This document shows positions 17,403 through 27,097 of a DNA stretch of 33,208 nt, in pieces. Both the position numbers and the translations under genes were made by a program. Within the stretch, counting starts at the first letter, position 1, and each line of letters opens with the position of its first letter. This stretch comes from an uncultured Thermococci archaeon (GTDB lineage: Archaea > Methanobacteriota_B > Thermococci > Thermococcales > Thermococcaceae). Location of the stretch: assembly GCA_964487115.1 (NCBI GenBank), contig CAZAPD010000012.1, positions 1 through 33,208 on the forward strand. Reading direction: 5' to 3'. The notes under the pieces are model-generated. The model made no database searches, was not told the DNA's origin, and saw nothing but the letters and a program-made list of their open reading frames with translations.

Positions 17403-18932
17403 ATGGATGCAGAGAGAGTTCCAGTGCTCGAGATGAAGAACATCGTCAAAATTTATCCAGATGGCACAGAGGCCTTAAAAGGCGTTGATTTGAAAGTTTA
17501 TGAAGGAGAAATTCTGGGACTCCTCGGTGAAAACGGAGCAGGTAAGACAACCCTTATGAAGGTCCTATTTGGAATGCTTAAGCCTACTGAGGGAAGGATA
17601 TACCTTCATGGAAAGGAGGTTCATTTTAAGAGCCCAGCTGATGCTCTAATGAATGGTATTGGAATGGTGCATCAGCACTTTACTCTCGTTGAGGTTTTCA
17701 ACGCCCTTGAAAATATCATTCTTGGGATGGAAGGTCATGGACTGCTTTCAAAGATAGATGTTGGAAAAGCCCGAAAGAAGCTTCAGATGCTCATGGATGA
17801 GCTTAACTTTCAGGTTCCGCTTGAAGTTCCTGTGGAGAACCTTCCAGTGGGTGTCCAGCAGAGAATAGAAATTCTCAAGATGCTCTTTAGAGATGTTAAT
17901 GTTCTCATTTTGGATGAGCCCACTGCAGTTTTGACCCCTATAGAGGTTCGCGAGCTCTTTGAAGTTTTGAGAAAGCTCAAAAGTCAAGGTAAGACAATAA
18001 TTTTCATCAGCCATAAACTTAATGAAGTCATGGAGATAACCGACCGTGTAACTGTCATAAGGAGGGGAAAAGTAATAGGGACCGTCAATACCAGCGAGGC
18101 TACGCCTAAGCTCCTCGCCAGAATGATGGTTGGAAGGGATGTTGTTCTCAGAATTCAAAAACCACCAAAGGAACCGGGAGAACCGATACTGCAGGTTCAG
18201 AACCTCTGGGTAAAGGGAGATCGCGGTGAGGAAGCTGTTAAGGGGCTCTCCTTCGAAGTCCGTGCTGGTGAAATATTCGGTATAGCCGGTGTTGAAGGTA
18301 ACGGTCAGAGTGAGCTTGTAGAAGCTATAACAGGACTTAGAAAAGTTGAAAAGGGGAAAATAATCCTGAAAGGTATGGATATAACAGGCAAAGCCCCTCG
18401 CAATCTGTATGACCTCGGTATTGCCCACATTCCAGAGGACAGAACTCACATGGGACTTATTCTTGAAATGAGCGTTATGGAAAACTCGATCCTCGGACTT
18501 CACTGGAAGGAAGAGTTCTCAAAGGGATTTTCTCTTATAGACTGGAGCAGGGTGGAGAGACATTCCCAGGCCCTTATTGACGAGTTTGAGATAATAGCAC
18601 CTGGAACAAAAGCCCCAGTTAAATCCCTCAGCGGCGGAAACCAGCAGAAGCTTATAGTTGCAAGAGAGGTCAGCAAAAAGCCCGAGTTCATAGTGGCCGC
18701 CCAGCCAACGCGAGGTGTGGATGTAGCTTCAACAGAATACATCAGAAACTACCTTGTAAAGCTTAGAAACGAGAATAAGGGTGTTCTTCTTGTCTCTGCA
18801 GATCTTGATGAGGTTCTTCAGCTGAGTGACAGGATGGCAATAATGTACGAGGGTGAATTCATGGGCATTGTAAAGCCTGACGAGGTTACAGAGGAGCAGA
18901 TTGGTCTCATGATGGGAGGTGTCAGAGAATGA
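17403..18932 (+). CDS. Nucleoside/sugar (CUT2) ABC transporter ATP-binding protein, two NBDs
   Basis: GENGAGKTT, GIGMVHQHF, LILDEPT, ISHKL, GVEGNGQSEL, LSGGNQQK, QPTRGVD. Confidence 0.93.
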   Translation: MDAERVPVLEMKNIVKIYPDGTEALKGVDLKVYEGEILGLLGENGAGKTTLMKVLFGMLKPTEGRIYLHGKEVHFKSPADALMNGIGMVHQHFTLVEVFNALENIILGMEGHGLLSKIDVGKARKKLQMLMDELNFQVPLEVPVENLPVGVQQRIEILKMLFRDVNVLILDEPTAVLTPIEVRELFEVLRKLKSQGKTIIFISHKLNEVMEITDRVTVIRRGKVIGTVNTSEATPKLLARMMVGRDVVLRIQKPPKEPGEPILQVQNLWVKGDRGEEAVKGLSFEVRAGEIFGIAGVEGNGQSELVEAITGLRKVEKGKIILKGMDITGKAPRNLYDLGIAHIPEDRTHMGLILEMSVMENSILGLHWKEEFSKGFSLIDWSRVERHSQALIDEFEIIAPGTKAPVKSLSGGNQQKLIVAREVSKKPEFIVAAQPTRGVDVASTEYIRNYLVKLRNENKGVLLVSADLDEVLQLSDRMAIMYEGEFMGIVKPDEVTEEQIGLMMGGVRE

Positions 18933-19972
18933 GCGTGAGTGGAGAGCTCAGAGGTTACGTAAAGCCTTTCACAGAGAGCGTTTTGGCTATATTGATCGGA
19001 GCTTTCATAGGAGCTATAGTCCTCTGGGCAAGCGGATATAGTGCTGTCGACGCTTATAAGGCCTTGATAGCGGGTGCCCTTGGCTCTGTCGATGGAATAG
19101 CTGAAACGCTGAGCAAGTCAACACCTCTTATCCTAACCGCCCTGACATTTGCAATTGGAGCCAGAACGGGCCTCTTCAATATCGGCGCAGAGGGAACGGT
19201 CTACTTTGGAGCAATAACCGCCGTTGCTGTAACCCAATATCTCCAAAATCCAATAGCTGGCATGATAGCTGGTATTCTCATAGGTGCCCTGTGGGCACTC
19301 CCGGCAGCAGTTCTCAAAGTCTACCGGGGGGTTCACGAAGTCATCTCAACTATCATGTTTAACTGGATAGCCGTCTATATTGTGGGCTGGCTCGCTTTGG
19401 ATGTCTTTTATAATCCCAAAGATCCCAACAGCACCCTTGCAATTCCCCCGAGTGCCCGATTGCCACTTCTCATTTCAAATACCAGCCTTTCATGGGCCTT
19501 CATAGTATCAGTCATCACGGCGATTGTTATTTTCGTCGTGATGTGGCATACAAAGCTTGGCTATGAGCTCAGAACCAGCGGGCAAAATCCCACAGCAGCC
19601 AGATATGGGGGTATTAATCCAAAGATCGCCGCTATATGGTCATTCGTGCTTGGTGGCATGACAGCAGGTCTTGCTGGAGCCGTTCAGGTAATGGGAGTTC
19701 CACCAGGCTATGCAATAACCCAAGGATTGGCCAACGTTTCAGGATATGGGTTTGACGGCATAGGTGTTTCACTCGTCGGCAGGAATCATCCCCTTGGCAT
19801 AATCCTCGCAGGAATCCTCTTCGGCATGCTGAATGCCGGTGCCACACAAATGCAACAGACCGGTGTCCCCCTTGAGATGGTTAAAATCATAGAAGGCATC
19901 ATCATCGTTGCTGTTGCCGTTCCCGGCTTGGCTGACCTGTTCAAGAAACTCTTCAGGAGGGGATCAAAGTGA
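18929..19972 (+). CDS. Nucleoside ABC transporter permease 1
   Basis: Multi-TM; GLFNIGAEG, HEVISTIM, GYELR..GQNP.AARYGGI, GFDGIGVSLVGRNHPLG. Confidence 0.92.
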   Translation: MSVSGELRGYVKPFTESVLAILIGAFIGAIVLWASGYSAVDAYKALIAGALGSVDGIAETLSKSTPLILTALTFAIGARTGLFNIGAEGTVYFGAITAVAVTQYLQNPIAGMIAGILIGALWALPAAVLKVYRGVHEVISTIMFNWIAVYIVGWLALDVFYNPKDPNSTLAIPPSARLPLLISNTSLSWAFIVSVITAIVIFVVMWHTKLGYELRTSGQNPTAARYGGINPKIAAIWSFVLGGMTAGLAGAVQVMGVPPGYAITQGLANVSGYGFDGIGVSLVGRNHPLGIILAGILFGMLNAGATQMQQTGVPLEMVKIIEGIIIVAVAVPGLADLFKKLFRRGSK

Positions 19973-20880
19973 ACGAGAGCATGATTGTGGGTCTGCTCCT
20001 CGGTTCACTGGCGGCCATGGTGCCAATAGTTCTTACGAGCGTTGGAGCTGTCGTCAGTGAGAGAGCAGGTGTTGTCAATATCGGCTATGAAGGAATCCTC
20101 ATGCTCTCGGCATTCTTCGGCACTATAATAGCCGAGCTTGCTCACAGTGGATGGGCTGGAATACTTGGCGGAGCCCTCGTTGGCATGCTCATCGGTGCCG
20201 TCCATGGAATCCTCACAGTCTATCTTAAAGGTGATCATGTTATACCCGGTATAGGTATAAACCTGCTCGGTTACGGAGCTGTGGCGTTCGGGATAAGAGC
20301 ATACTGGGGAACTGCTGGTCAACATCAGGTACCAAGCTATGCTCAGATCAAACCTCTGTGGATGGATGCCTTTGGAAATTCCCTCAGTCCGATGGTGGTA
20401 ATAACATTTATAGTTACAATCCTCGTCTGGTGGATGCTCTTCAAGACACCTCTCGGGTTGAGAATCAGGTCTGTGGGGGAAAACCCTGAAGCCGCTGATG
20501 CCCTCGGAATAAACGTTGAGCTTTACCGCTTCGGTGCAGTACTCTTTGCTTCGGCATTGGCTGGAGCTGCAGGGGCTTATCTCAGCGTAGACTGGCTCGG
20601 AACGGTAACGAAGCAGATAGCCGCGGGGAGGGGATTCATAGCCCTTGCAAACATGGTCTTCAGCGGATGGAATCCAATTTTGGCACTGCTTGGAGGATTT
20701 CTTTTCGGATTCTTCGACAACTTAGCCATATGGATACAGAACAATCCATGGATGGCAGGAACCGTGCCGTGGCAGTTTATTGCAACCCTGCCGTATGTAG
20801 TGACCTTGATAGTGGTCGCAGGAATCATAGGAAGAGCCAGACCGCCCAAGTGGGACGGTAAGCCATACAAGAGGGAGTGA
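19969..20880 (+). CDS. Nucleoside ABC transporter permease 2
   Basis: GTG start overlapping the previous stop; SERAGVVNIG.EG, GLRIRSVGENPEAADALGINV, AGRGFIALA, LPYVVT. Confidence 0.92.
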   Translation: MNESMIVGLLLGSLAAMVPIVLTSVGAVVSERAGVVNIGYEGILMLSAFFGTIIAELAHSGWAGILGGALVGMLIGAVHGILTVYLKGDHVIPGIGINLLGYGAVAFGIRAYWGTAGQHQVPSYAQIKPLWMDAFGNSLSPMVVITFIVTILVWWMLFKTPLGLRIRSVGENPEAADALGINVELYRFGAVLFASALAGAAGAYLSVDWLGTVTKQIAAGRGFIALANMVFSGWNPILALLGGFLFGFFDNLAIWIQNNPWMAGTVPWQFIATLPYVVTLIVVAGIIGRARPPKWDGKPYKRE

Positions 20881-23445
20881 TCATCTCCCTCCCCTCATTT
20901 TGTAAATTATTCCAATTAAGAGGATAACAGCCAATCCTCCAAGAAGTTTCCAAGGGATTCCGGTGGAAACATTGGAAAGCTGTGTGGAACTATAGGATAA
21001 AGTTGAAGTAGAGCTTGATGTTTGAGAAGAAATTGAACTTGATGGTGATGAAGGGGTTATATTCTCATCCGATTTTTTGAAAGGCACTTTTTTACAGAGC
21101 TTCAGTTGGGTTGAGGGATAATAGGGCTGATTTCTGTAAGCACTGAGGAACTCCCCAGAAAGATTTCTGAAGGTACCGTTATACAGCAGAAGTTTATCTC
21201 CACCAAAGACAACGAGTCCTCTTTTAGAAGATACCATTGAAGCTCCCTCAATCTCAAACGGCAGTTTTATGCTCTTTGGGTTTCCTCCACTCATTTCTAT
21301 CAGGTGCGTGCCGTTTGTAAAGTACATACTTCCATTCCAGAAGGAATAGCCGAAGTAATCCTTCCCCGTGAATTCTCCAAGTCTGTGTCTGCTGAGATCA
21401 AAGACTGTGTAGTTACATCTTTTGAAGAGGAAAAATCTGCACTTCTGCTCCAGAACAGTGCCGTTAAGATAGTAGTAGAGAGTGTCATTTTTCGGAGGGA
21501 AGAGCATATTGAGGGAGCCATTGTAAAAGTAGAGGGATTTAAATGCCTTGGAAGGAGCAGGTTCTCCAAGTATCATGTCTCCTTTATAATCTACAGGAAC
21601 CAGATTTTTGGTGAACTCCCCAATTTTTTCTAAATTTTTGAAATTCCAGAAGTAGAGGTTTCCATGTTCCAAGATTGCTACTCTATCATCTGGTAGCTCA
21701 AGTACATGCCCTTTTACAGGAAGGCGGATAAAAGAAGTTCCGTTGAAGATAGCCCATATATCGGTTCCTTCCTGCTGAAAAATGAGATAACTACCTGTTC
21801 TGTAGAGGAACTTCAGGGGGACTCCAAGATAGAGAACTCTTCTAAACCCTTTTTCGCTCACATTATAGATTTCGGTTGCCGTTCCATTTCTGGCTATGAA
21901 GAATTTTCCTGCATACTCCCCATGAAGGGTATCAGCTTTCCACAGACAGGAGCCGTTATAGAGGTAGGATATTCCACCCTGAGAGTTTAGGACGTAGAAT
22001 TCTCCAAGTCCCCCAAGAGGTTTAAAGTTCAGTCCTATAAGGGTAAAATTTGTCCAGTTGTAATAGTAAAGCAGCCTTCCCTCCCAGAGGGGCTTTATAA
22101 TCAGGAACAACCCCTTGCTCCATGGGAAAACAGATTCAATCCGAAATTCCTCCATCTTCAGAGGCGTGGAAACGTCCTTAAGCTTATCCGTCAGCTCTTC
22201 AAGCTTTCCTTCGCGGTATATGTAAAGCCTTGAGCTCCCATCGTTCCAGTAGCTGTATATAAACAGCTCCTTCCCGGCGGGTATTATGCTGAACCCACCA
22301 AAATATTCGCCGAGAGGAAAAACCTGCCTCATGCCATCTCTCACTATTACCAGCTTCCGCTCTTTATCCTTATATCGAATATATGCCACACCATCACCAA
22401 AGGGAGCAGTTCCCCTTAAGTAAGACCAGTAATCCATTGAACCAAGATAATGCTCTATCCTCACTCTTGTTTCAGCAAGTCCTCTGAGGGATATTATTTT
22501 ATTCCCGACGACAAGTTTGGGCGATATGTTTCTGTAACCCTCTACATAGACATAACCGGATGCTGTAGGTGTTAAATTGTGCCCTTCAAGACGATATAGC
22601 TGTGGATTCTGAGAATAAAGGGAATATTCATCCCCAAGATACCATGTCCCATTCCAGCCGTAGACTGAGAGACCAATATAGGGGTACGTGATATTCAGAA
22701 TAAACTCAGATGAGGTTAGATTCCATAGATAGAGGGCATACCAGGGAGTTTTATTGATATAATCATTGATCTCGATCAGAAGATGTGTTCCATTGAAGGA
22801 GTAATCCTCGATGAAATGCGAGGTGTTGAATGTGAAGATTTTTCCGTTTTTGAGCACATGGATCTCTTCCAGGTAATCAATCTCAGAGCCTTTACGAATT
22901 CTTTTTACACAGGAAAATATCCAAGCTTCATTTCCATAGCGAGCATCAACAACCTCCCCATCCAGTGTTAAAGAGCGCATTGGAAGGGTCCCGTTGAAGA
23001 AGTAGAGGGTGGTTGAATTGTAGTAACCATTTTTCTCCGCAATAACAATTTCATTCCCGTTGAAATACATGTTCCACATGTGAATACTCATGTTGAAGAG
23101 AGGCTGGATGCTCCAGTTTCGCATTCGTATCACGGAGAGATGATATGGTATGATCTTCGCCAGAATCCAGCCATTCCACCAGAATAGCGGGGTATATCTT
23201 CCAAAATCCACCCTGTAGAACTTTCCATCTTCATAGAGATACCAGCTCAGTTTTCCCTCCTTCCCGCACCCCTGCTGGGAGTCGCAGCCTGTAAGAATTT
23301 GATATCCAGCAAAGAGCAGAACTTGCCCATCACCGGGAATAATGTCATCTATGCTGAAAACTTTTATTTCCTCTTGAGCGGAAACATATGTTGAAATACT
23401 CATTACAGTGATTAAAATAGTGACCAATAAAGCCAATCGTCTCAT
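20881..23445 (-). CDS. Large secreted, C-terminally anchored surface glycoprotein (beta-rich, possibly beta-propeller)
   Basis: Signal peptide MRRLALL...VSA-QE; many (Y/F)NG(T/S) turns that are also N-glycosylation sequons; Ser/Thr linker; C-terminal TM plus basic tail. Confidence 0.8.
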   Translation of the reverse strand: MRRLALLVTILITVMSISTYVSAQEEIKVFSIDDIIPGDGQVLLFAGYQILTGCDSQQGCGKEGKLSWYLYEDGKFYRVDFGRYTPLFWWNGWILAKIIPYHLSVIRMRNWSIQPLFNMSIHMWNMYFNGNEIVIAEKNGYYNSTTLYFFNGTLPMRSLTLDGEVVDARYGNEAWIFSCVKRIRKGSEIDYLEEIHVLKNGKIFTFNTSHFIEDYSFNGTHLLIEINDYINKTPWYALYLWNLTSSEFILNITYPYIGLSVYGWNGTWYLGDEYSLYSQNPQLYRLEGHNLTPTASGYVYVEGYRNISPKLVVGNKIISLRGLAETRVRIEHYLGSMDYWSYLRGTAPFGDGVAYIRYKDKERKLVIVRDGMRQVFPLGEYFGGFSIIPAGKELFIYSYWNDGSSRLYIYREGKLEELTDKLKDVSTPLKMEEFRIESVFPWSKGLFLIIKPLWEGRLLYYYNWTNFTLIGLNFKPLGGLGEFYVLNSQGGISYLYNGSCLWKADTLHGEYAGKFFIARNGTATEIYNVSEKGFRRVLYLGVPLKFLYRTGSYLIFQQEGTDIWAIFNGTSFIRLPVKGHVLELPDDRVAILEHGNLYFWNFKNLEKIGEFTKNLVPVDYKGDMILGEPAPSKAFKSLYFYNGSLNMLFPPKNDTLYYYLNGTVLEQKCRFFLFKRCNYTVFDLSRHRLGEFTGKDYFGYSFWNGSMYFTNGTHLIEMSGGNPKSIKLPFEIEGASMVSSKRGLVVFGGDKLLLYNGTFRNLSGEFLSAYRNQPYYPSTQLKLCKKVPFKKSDENITPSSPSSSISSQTSSSTSTLSYSSTQLSNVSTGIPWKLLGGLAVILLIGIIYKMRGGR

Positions 23446-23506
23446 TTTTATCATGTAAGTTTAACCTAACAATAGTATTTAAAATTTTCTGGATGGAAGT
23501 GGTAAG

Positions 23507-24490
23507 TTAGCCTTTTATAATGAAACCCACTGCGGCCCCGAGGACAATGCCAACAATGAGAGAGGCAAAAATATACGCTATCCAATTATTGTTCCTGACA
23601 GGTCTCTCTACGATCTCCGTTCCCGAAAGTGCCTTGATTATCTGAGCGGTGTTCTTCTCCAGAATTTCTGTATAAGGCTTATCCTTCCAGAAGACGGTAA
23701 TATCTGCCAGAGGTTTGCCGCTCTTCATTGACAGATCTAAAGCAGCATTTTTAAGCTGTTCTGGACTGGTTGAGGAATACACTATCAAGGTGGCATTTTC
23801 CGCTGTTTTCAAAAGCTCGTCAACTCCTACCGCCGGAACTTCTTCTTCAGGTTTAATCGATGCAAGGGCCTTAATTCCAAGCCATTCAACAGCATATTGA
23901 TTGGACGGCATCTGAATCACTGCATTTGACCCCCGAGAAACAACCTTCATATAAGCACTGGCAATTGATTCAACCTTAAGTTTAAAGTTTTCAAATCTTT
24001 CTTTATAGATACCAGCATTGTAAGGATAGCGCTTTACAATAGAATCCTCCACAGCCTCAGCTATCGCCACGGCGTTATATGGATCGAGCCATACACCATG
24101 AGGATTGTTCTTTTCGTTATACCAGTGCTCCTTCATGTAGCGAAAGCCAAATTTCTGGTAGTCTTCTATCAAGAGGACATATCCTCTAATAATTCCTTCC
24201 TTCTGGAGCTCAACCATTCTCTGTTCCGCCGGCAGGTGCCCTCCCGTTGTCACTATCACATCGGCCTTCTCAAGCATTCCAACCTGCTGGGCTGTAAGCT
24301 GATACTCATGAGGATCAACCCCCGGAGGGATTAGATAAACCACCTCAACTGAATCTCCAAAGGCTTCCTTCACAATGCTCGCTAACGGTGTTATTGAAGT
24401 CACAACCAGCGGCTTTTCTCCTGAAGCTGCTGTAAGAGGTAATGCTGCTCCAAAGATAATCATGATCATAAGAAAGAGTGTTGCTCTCAT
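23507..24490 (-). CDS. Cluster A-I (ZnuA/TroA) metal ABC substrate-binding protein with C-terminal membrane anchor
   Basis: VVTSITPL, LIPPGVDPHEY, ADVIV, NPHGVWLDP; C-terminal hydrophobic helix. Confidence 0.85.
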   Translation of the reverse strand: MRATLFLMIMIIFGAALPLTAASGEKPLVVTSITPLASIVKEAFGDSVEVVYLIPPGVDPHEYQLTAQQVGMLEKADVIVTTGGHLPAEQRMVELQKEGIIRGYVLLIEDYQKFGFRYMKEHWYNEKNNPHGVWLDPYNAVAIAEAVEDSIVKRYPYNAGIYKERFENFKLKVESIASAYMKVVSRGSNAVIQMPSNQYAVEWLGIKALASIKPEEEVPAVGVDELLKTAENATLIVYSSTSPEQLKNAALDLSMKSGKPLADITVFWKDKPYTEILEKNTAQIIKALSGTEIVERPVRNNNWIAYIFASLIVGIVLGAAVGFIIKG

Positions 24491-24621
24491 TTTCGGCCAC
24501 CCTAATTAATTTTCAATATTGGCTTTAAAGATTATCGGATGCCCAAAACATATCACACTCACCCCAGCAGGAGCGATAACCTAATAAGATATAACCCAGA
24601 ACTTAGCGAGGTGGTGAAAAA

Positions 24622-26052
24622 ATGGGAATTAGAGTGTATAACACCCTGACAAAACAGAAGGAGGAATTCAAGCCGTTAAGAGAAGGAGAGGTCAGGATGT
24701 ATGTTTGTGGTCCGACGGTTTATGATTACACTCATCTCGGTCATGCAAGAACTTATGTCGCTTTCGATGTTATAAGACGCTATCTTGAGCACAGGGGGTA
24801 CACCGTCCTGATGGTTATGAACTTTACCGACATAGATGATAAAATTATCAGAAGATCCAATGAGACTGGAGAAGATCCAAAGGAGCTCGCTGAGAAATTC
24901 CTCCGCTACTTCCTTGAGGACATGAATGCCTTGAAAATCAAACCCGCTGATATCTATCCACGCGTTACGGAGCACATAGGGGAGATAATAGAATTTGTGA
25001 AAAAACTTGAGGAAAAGGGATATGCATATGAGGGGAGCGACGGCGTTTACTTCGAGGTTCAGAAGTTCGGGGGCTATGGAAAGCTCAGCGGAATCAAGCT
25101 TGAGGAGCTAAGGAAAGGGGCGAGAGTCGAGCCGGGTGAGGGCAAGAAAAATCCAGAAGATTTTGCTCTCTGGAAGAAGGCAAAGCCCGGTGAGCCAAAG
25201 TGGGAAAGTCCGTGGGGAGAGGGCAGGCCCGGCTGGCACATAGAGTGCTCCACGATGAGCACCAAATATCTCGGCGAAAGTTTCGACATCCATGGAGGCG
25301 GCAACGACTTAATCTTCCCGCACCATGAGAATGAAATAGCCCAGACTGAAGCATGCACCGGCAAAGAATGGGTGAGATACTGGCTTCATACCGGTTTCGT
25401 CATGGTAAGCGGGGAAAAGATGAGTAAAAGCCTCGGAAACTTCGTAACGATAAGAGAACTTCTCAAAAGGTACAGCCCCGAGGTCATACGTTTCTTTGTT
25501 CTCCAGAAGCACTACCGCTCGCCCCTTGACTATACGGAAGAGGGTATTCAACACGCCAAGAACAATCTTGAGAAGCTCTACAATACGCTTGAGAACATCA
25601 GAATTGCCCTTGAAAAGGCAGAGCTCTCCTTCAAATGGGACAATAAAGAGTTTGAACTCTACGAAATCATCAGAAATGCCAGAAAGAAGTTCTACGATGC
25701 AATGGACGATGATTTCAACACTGCAGAGGCCATGAAGCCAATCTTCGAAGTAGCGAATGGTGTAAACAGATACCTGTCAAAGATTGAAAGGCCAAAAGAA
25801 AGTGTGCTCAGGAAAGCTCTGGAATTCTTCAGGATTGTTGGGGAGATTTTTGGAATCTTTGAGGAATACTTCAAGGAGCAAAAGGCAGGAGAGGAGGAAG
25901 CACTTATAGGATTGCTGGTTCAGGTCAGGACCGAGCTCAGAAAGCAGAAAAACTTCGCTCTGGCAGACAGAATCAGAGCCGAGCTCAAGGCTCTGGGCAT
26001 ACAGCTTGAGGACACGCCACAGGGAACAATATGGAAGAGGATCAATATATGA
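24622..26052 (+). CDS. cysS: Cysteinyl-tRNA synthetase
   Basis: MYVCGPTVYD, HLGH (HIGH), DFALWK, GRPGWHIECS, HGGGNDLIFPHHENE, KMSKSLGN. Confidence 0.98.
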   Translation: MGIRVYNTLTKQKEEFKPLREGEVRMYVCGPTVYDYTHLGHARTYVAFDVIRRYLEHRGYTVLMVMNFTDIDDKIIRRSNETGEDPKELAEKFLRYFLEDMNALKIKPADIYPRVTEHIGEIIEFVKKLEEKGYAYEGSDGVYFEVQKFGGYGKLSGIKLEELRKGARVEPGEGKKNPEDFALWKKAKPGEPKWESPWGEGRPGWHIECSTMSTKYLGESFDIHGGGNDLIFPHHENEIAQTEACTGKEWVRYWLHTGFVMVSGEKMSKSLGNFVTIRELLKRYSPEVIRFFVLQKHYRSPLDYTEEGIQHAKNNLEKLYNTLENIRIALEKAELSFKWDNKEFELYEIIRNARKKFYDAMDDDFNTAEAMKPIFEVANGVNRYLSKIERPKESVLRKALEFFRIVGEIFGIFEEYFKEQKAGEEEALIGLLVQVRTELRKQKNFALADRIRAELKALGIQLEDTPQGTIWKRINI

Positions 26053-26062
26053 GAACTCAAGA

Positions 26063-26090
26063 GCGCGGATTCTAACGCGCCCTTTATTTA
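26063..26090 (+). terminator. Hairpin plus T-rich tract after cysS
   Basis: GCGCG-GATTCTAA-CGCGC stem followed by CCTTTATTT. Confidence 0.4.
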
Positions 26091-26106
26091 ACATTTATTC
26101 ATCAAA

Positions 26107-26120
26107 GAAAGCTTTAAAAA
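26107..26120 (+). promoter_or_regulatory. BRE/TATA promoter of the phosphoribosyltransferase gene
   Basis: GAAAGC-TTTAAAAA, canonical Thermococcales promoter. Confidence 0.7.
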
Positions 26121-26151
26121 CTTCAGCCTTTTAACTTTGGTAAGGGAAATC

Positions 26152-26796
26152 ATGAAAGAGTTTCCGGCTTATTTGGCTTCTTGGGAAGATATTGAAAGAT
26201 GGGCAAAAAAAGGCGCATGGAAGGTTCTTGAGAGTGAGTGGAGGCCTGACGTCATCGTAGGTCTCGCCAGGGGTGGATGGATTGCAGCTCGTTTATACTG
26301 CGACTATCTCGGCATTAAAGACCTCGTGAGCGTGAAAGTCGAGCACTGGGGAGTCACAGCAACTCCAGACGGAAAAGCCCGGCTTAAATACGGCTCAAAC
26401 TACAGCCTTGAGGGCAAGAAGGTTCTGATTGTTGATGACATATCTGATACAGGTGAAAGCCTTACGCTGGCAAAAAATTATGTTGATTCACAGAAACCGG
26501 CAGAGGTAAAGGTTGCAACGCTCCTAACTATTAAGGGATCTCGTTTTAAACCGGATTACTACGGGGAAGAAATCGATTGGGCATGGATAGTGTTCCCATG
26601 GAACTTCGTCGAAGATATGATAAACCTCGCAGGCAATCTCTTTGAAGAGAAGACAGAACTTACATTGGAGGAGATTATCGGACTTTTTAAGAAGCTCCAT
26701 GGTATCGATGTTCCAAGAGAAAAGCTCGAAGAGGCCTTGAAATTCGCCGAGAAGAGAAAAGTATTTAAGAGAAGAGGCGAAATCTGGACTCGGTGA
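26152..26796 (+). CDS. Type I phosphoribosyltransferase (purine/hypoxanthine-guanine type)
   Basis: PDVIVGLARGG, PRPP motif VLIVDDISDTGESL, WIVFPW; start moved to ATG 26152. Confidence 0.9.
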   Translation: MKEFPAYLASWEDIERWAKKGAWKVLESEWRPDVIVGLARGGWIAARLYCDYLGIKDLVSVKVEHWGVTATPDGKARLKYGSNYSLEGKKVLIVDDISDTGESLTLAKNYVDSQKPAEVKVATLLTIKGSRFKPDYYGEEIDWAWIVFPWNFVEDMINLAGNLFEEKTELTLEEIIGLFKKLHGIDVPREKLEEALKFAEKRKVFKRRGEIWTR

Positions 26797-26800
26797 TAAC

Positions 26801-27097
26801 TTGAATAAAGATAAGATGGTTAAAACCATTAGGGAGCACAGCAACTATTCCCGCGAAATTTATGAGATGCATGAAGACAGCATAAACAGTGCTCTTGAAA
26901 ACTATGACAGGCTTAAAGAAGATTATTTAAATGACCATTCGAGGGCTAGAATCGTTAGGATAGTTTTTAATGAGGATAACGGCCTTCCGCTGGCTTTGGA
27001 ATTTAACAAGAAGGATGACTCATTCAAAGGCTTCACAATAGCTATAGGCAAACCCCATATAAAGACTGAAGCTAATGGAGAAGAGCATCAAGACTGA
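26801..27097 (+). CDS. Hypothetical protein (98 aa)
   Basis: TTG start with GGTGAT SD, 4 nt after the PRT stop; protein-like composition. Confidence 0.7.
   Translation: MNKDKMVKTIREHSNYSREIYEMHEDSINSALENYDRLKEDYLNDHSRARIVRIVFNEDNGLPLALEFNKKDDSFKGFTIAIGKPHIKTEANGEEHQD

Noticed and set aside
17748..18503. 251-aa ORF on the - strand, and the many other short antisense ORFs in the track
   Set aside because: Lie wholly opposite well-supported genes; no SD or motifs
25021..25320. GC-rich stretch (~55% by hand count) in cysS
   Set aside because: Coincides with a Gly/Pro/Trp-rich conserved region, so amino-acid composition can explain much of it
13552..26796. Nucleoside salvage 'cluster' (surE, ABC transporter, phosphoribosyltransferase)
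   Set aside because: Genes are in separate transcription units interspersed with unrelated genes; no shared motif seen
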